Source of the DNA: Macrostomum lignano
Taxonomy: Eukaryota
DNA: 64,000 nucleotides
Assembly (NCBI GenBank): GCA_002269645.1
Contig: NIVC01000506.1
Coordinates: forward strand, 372,001 to 436,000
Direction of reading: 5' to 3'
Position numbers and translations under genes: made by a program. Of this stretch, positions 60,919 to 64,000 are shown piece by piece (position 1 is the stretch's first letter; each line of letters begins with the position of its first letter). The notes under the pieces were generated by a model. The model was not told the origin of the DNA, did no database searches, and saw only the letters and a list, made by a program, of their open reading frames with translations.

Positions 60919-62906
60919 TGATGGGTTTCGACCTTCGGGCCCCTTGTTAGGGAAGCCTTCGGGCCTCAGGCCTCAGAAACAAATCAATTAGAGTCCTGGC
61001 CCCCCACTCCTGTCAGATGGTCAGCCCCATGGTAGCTTGATCGTGTGGCGAGCAGTCTAGGTCCTATAGCTAAGAGAGGGACAGCGAGAGACAAGCAGGG
61101 AGAATTTTGAAGGTAGAAATTAGCTAATCCGCAGACTAAGCTAACTCGCTGCCACCAGCCCGTGCGCCCTGGCTCACCACACCGGGGCTCTCGAAATCGG
61201 GCTTCCGACTAGAAGGGGCTTTGCACTTACCTGCCAACTAGTGTCTTTTTGCTGTCAATCTCGAAGTCATAGCCGATGGTAAGGGACACTGCTGGGACTA
61301 GATCGCATTGGCCATGCAGGTACAGAGGGGACTTGTGCAGGGGATTCTTGCAGTGGCGAGTCTATGGGGTAGCTACATGTACTATTACATTGCTAAATAC
61401 GAAGATATGTACTTTTGGCCTTCAACGCGCCAACTAGCCTCTCATAGCGCTGATGATAGACTAACTCGAACTTCGGAGACCGCATGATTCATTACCCGAG
61501 CCGCTGGCTAGCCTAGAGTGCACAAAGTACATCTCTGGCGCCGATTCTGCACTTCTGGCAGTTTTGCTCACTGATTTGATTGATTGATCGACTGAGAACC
61601 GCCTTGCCATTGGTCCACTGTGACCGGCGCCTACTAGCTTAGCTACTCATCTGAGCCGTCGGCGAACAAAGAAACAAAACCGATAAAAATAACTGTTAGA
61701 TTTAACCTTCTCCTTAGATCACTTCACGCTTCAGATTGAATCGGAGTTTAGACTACTAGCAGTATTATTGAATGACTTCTGCCTCAGTAACAGCACTACT
61801 GAACAAAATGAGCAAAAGTGTGCGCCTAATTCAGCTACTGAAACAGGGGACAGATAGGGAATCACCCAATCAAGCAAGTCTAGGTAGCCTCTCACCCAAC
61901 CAATCAGAAACTCAACAGCCGGAGACCAGGAAATCCACAGTGACCGAATCGGCTTGATGCTTCGCAGCTGTAGACTCGGGATGATGCTGACACAATCTTC
62001 GCTGATAGCTAGCAGGTGATGATCTTCGCTTGATGTTCGCTGCTGACGACCGGGGGTTTCGTCCTTGATGATGATGGGGGAAGTCGCAATCCGGGGATCA
62101 AGAAACGACGGTCGCGCTCTGGGAACCAGAAGTTGCGTGCTGGGCCCGAGCAAGAGTATGAGTCCGAGCGGGCCAAAAACTCCGGTTTAAATAGCCGCCA
62201 ACTGGACCGCAGTTTGTTATAATGGAACACGTCGATTCTGATTGGCTGAGCCGTTTTGTTAAAATGAGCGCCGAATTTTCTGATTGGCTAAGCTTGTTGC
62301 TACCCAGAATCACGTGACCGAGAGATCCTATCAGTTCCCACAGGGTCGTAAAAAGATGACAGGTGCGGCCATAAATCACTCAAAATCGCAACAAAATGAT
62401 TTATGACTTTTCGCGTAGGATTGACAGAAATTAATGAAAAAATATACATTAGAAAGCTCTTATTAAATAGAAAGTGAAGATAATGAAGAGAAATCGCTAA
62501 TCGCTAATCCCAGAGTACTTTTAGGGGTAAAACGCATAGCTGTCAAAGTTGTCACACGCTTGAGTGAATCCGAACAATAGGCTCCGACCTCATAAATCTT
62601 GATGGCCTGTCAAAATGATGAGAAAAAAGCTACCGCCCGCATCCTCTCAGACCATCTGGCGCCCGTCTCAACACTGAGTGAGGCGCAGGTGGCCGTCAGA
62701 CCAACTTCGGAAGCGATGATTTACGACCCAAAAAGCTACGCCTATGTTATTATGACTACTAGTATGGCCAGACATTATGTCTAGTATAGGTTCTATGACA
62801 ATTTGCAGAAAAAGGATAAAAATGCTCCTTGCCCACTGTTAGTAGGCTAGTAAGTTTAGAGCCCATGTGCTAGCGCGGGATTTGGGAAAAAGTGCGTCCT
62901 CATCAG

Positions 62907-63182
62907 TAGCCAAAGTGTACATGTTCATAGTAGCCAAAGTGTACATGTTCATAGTTGCCAAAGTGTACATGTTCATAGTAGCCAAAGTGTACATGTTCAT
63001 AGTAGCCAAAGTGTACATGTTCATAGTTGCCAAAGTGTACATGTTCATAGTAGCCAAAGTGTACATGTTCATAGTAGCCAAAGTGTACATGTTCATAGTA
63101 GCCATAGTGTACATGTTCATAGTAGCCAAAGTGTACATGTTCATAGTAGCCAAAGTGTACATGTTCATAGTTGCCAAAGTGT
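62907..63182. repeat. 24-bp minisatellite, about 11.5 copies, interrupting a LINE RT remnant
   Basis: Direct periodicity (LATMNMYT repeat in ORF 62839..63489). Confidence 0.93.
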
Positions 63183-63445
63183 CATCCAGAGCCTCAGATC
63201 CCAGCACTGGCTGCACTGAGCGTAAGGCGGCCCAAGCCAGCCCGCGTCTTCTTCTCATGTCGCTGGCGATGTCCGGCACGAGTCCGCAGAGGTACACAAA
63301 ATGCTGGCAGCATGGAAGTGGGGTCTCATTTCCCGCAGCATCTCGGTAGGTATAGGTCCAGCGGCATAGTGAATACTTCAGCGTGAGGCCGACCCTTGCT
63401 GCCGCTTTCGTCAAGCCATCCAGCAGCCGCTGGGCGCCTTCAACG
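63183..63445 (-). mobile_element. LINE (RTE-like) reverse-transcriptase C-terminal fragment
   Basis: GAQRLLDGLTKAAARVGLTL...FVYLCG...DMRRRRGLAWAALRS resembles the RT segment after YADD, including the FxYLG motif. Confidence 0.7.
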
Positions 63446-64000
63446 ACAGCAATTTGAAGAGCAGCAAAATACTTATTTAGAGTTACCAAGAGTATCGAAC
63501 AGACAGAAATTGAATTGCCAGAATAAACGCAATTTAACTTATTGAAATAAATGAAGCTAAAAAGCAGCCAGATATCAGGCCACTGCAGGATAGCCAGTCA
63601 CTTGTATTTGACGATTAGAAACAATTCACCAAGTCCATCAGGAGTCGCACAACTCAGAATAATCATTTGAGCTGGAACCTGCCAGGGCTGACTATATGAA
63701 AATCCTCTTCTATATCCGCTTCTATCCAAGCTCGGCTCGATTAAGCAGGCATTTTAATTACTGCAGCCATTATTGCAGAACGCTCCGGTTAAAATCGCTA
63801 CACGCAACTACTAAGGTGCGGCACAGTTTTCTAAAGAAAAGCTATTTCTGACCTAATTTGGTTTTCTGCAACCACACAAAGGGCAGCTATGAATCACTCC
63901 TGGGAAAGGCTTGTCTTCAACTGACACTGCTCTACACTCAACTCACACTTATCTGACAATGCTCTACACTTAACTGACACTTATCTGACAATGCTCTACA

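Overview
Animal genomic DNA rich in mini- and microsatellites. The (GACA)n tracts, TTAGGG-type repeat, GC3-rich exons and gene content fit a free-living flatworm such as Macrostomum; this is inference, not a database match. Intact genes read from the sequence: a 2-exon atypical peptide-type class A GPCR (-), an intronless divergent Cbl-type E3 ligase (+), a 2-exon ankyrin/6-TM TRPV-like channel (-), an intronless Dop1R2/INDR-type dopamine receptor (-) and a 3-exon 5-HT7-like receptor (-). Damaged genes: a 3-exon p24/TMED9-like gene with a frameshifted, very AT-rich exon 1, and a probable decayed WDR11-like copy. Mobile DNA: two LINE ORF2 fragments, a dead piggyBac with TIRs, four copies of one tRNA-derived SINE, one CORE-like SINE and a possible integrase relic. 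About 20 tandem repeats account for most long spurious ORFs. Most notable: (1) tandem repeats that multiply splice-site sequences around the 5-HT7-like gene, including six stacked acceptors of its last exon; (2) a Cbl with an altered linker and three EALYDKP phosphotyrosine-type repeats; (3) the abrupt AT-to-GC switch inside the TMED gene. No CRISPR array, rRNA or true tRNA gene was seen. Family assignments rest on motifs recalled from known proteins; no searches were run.
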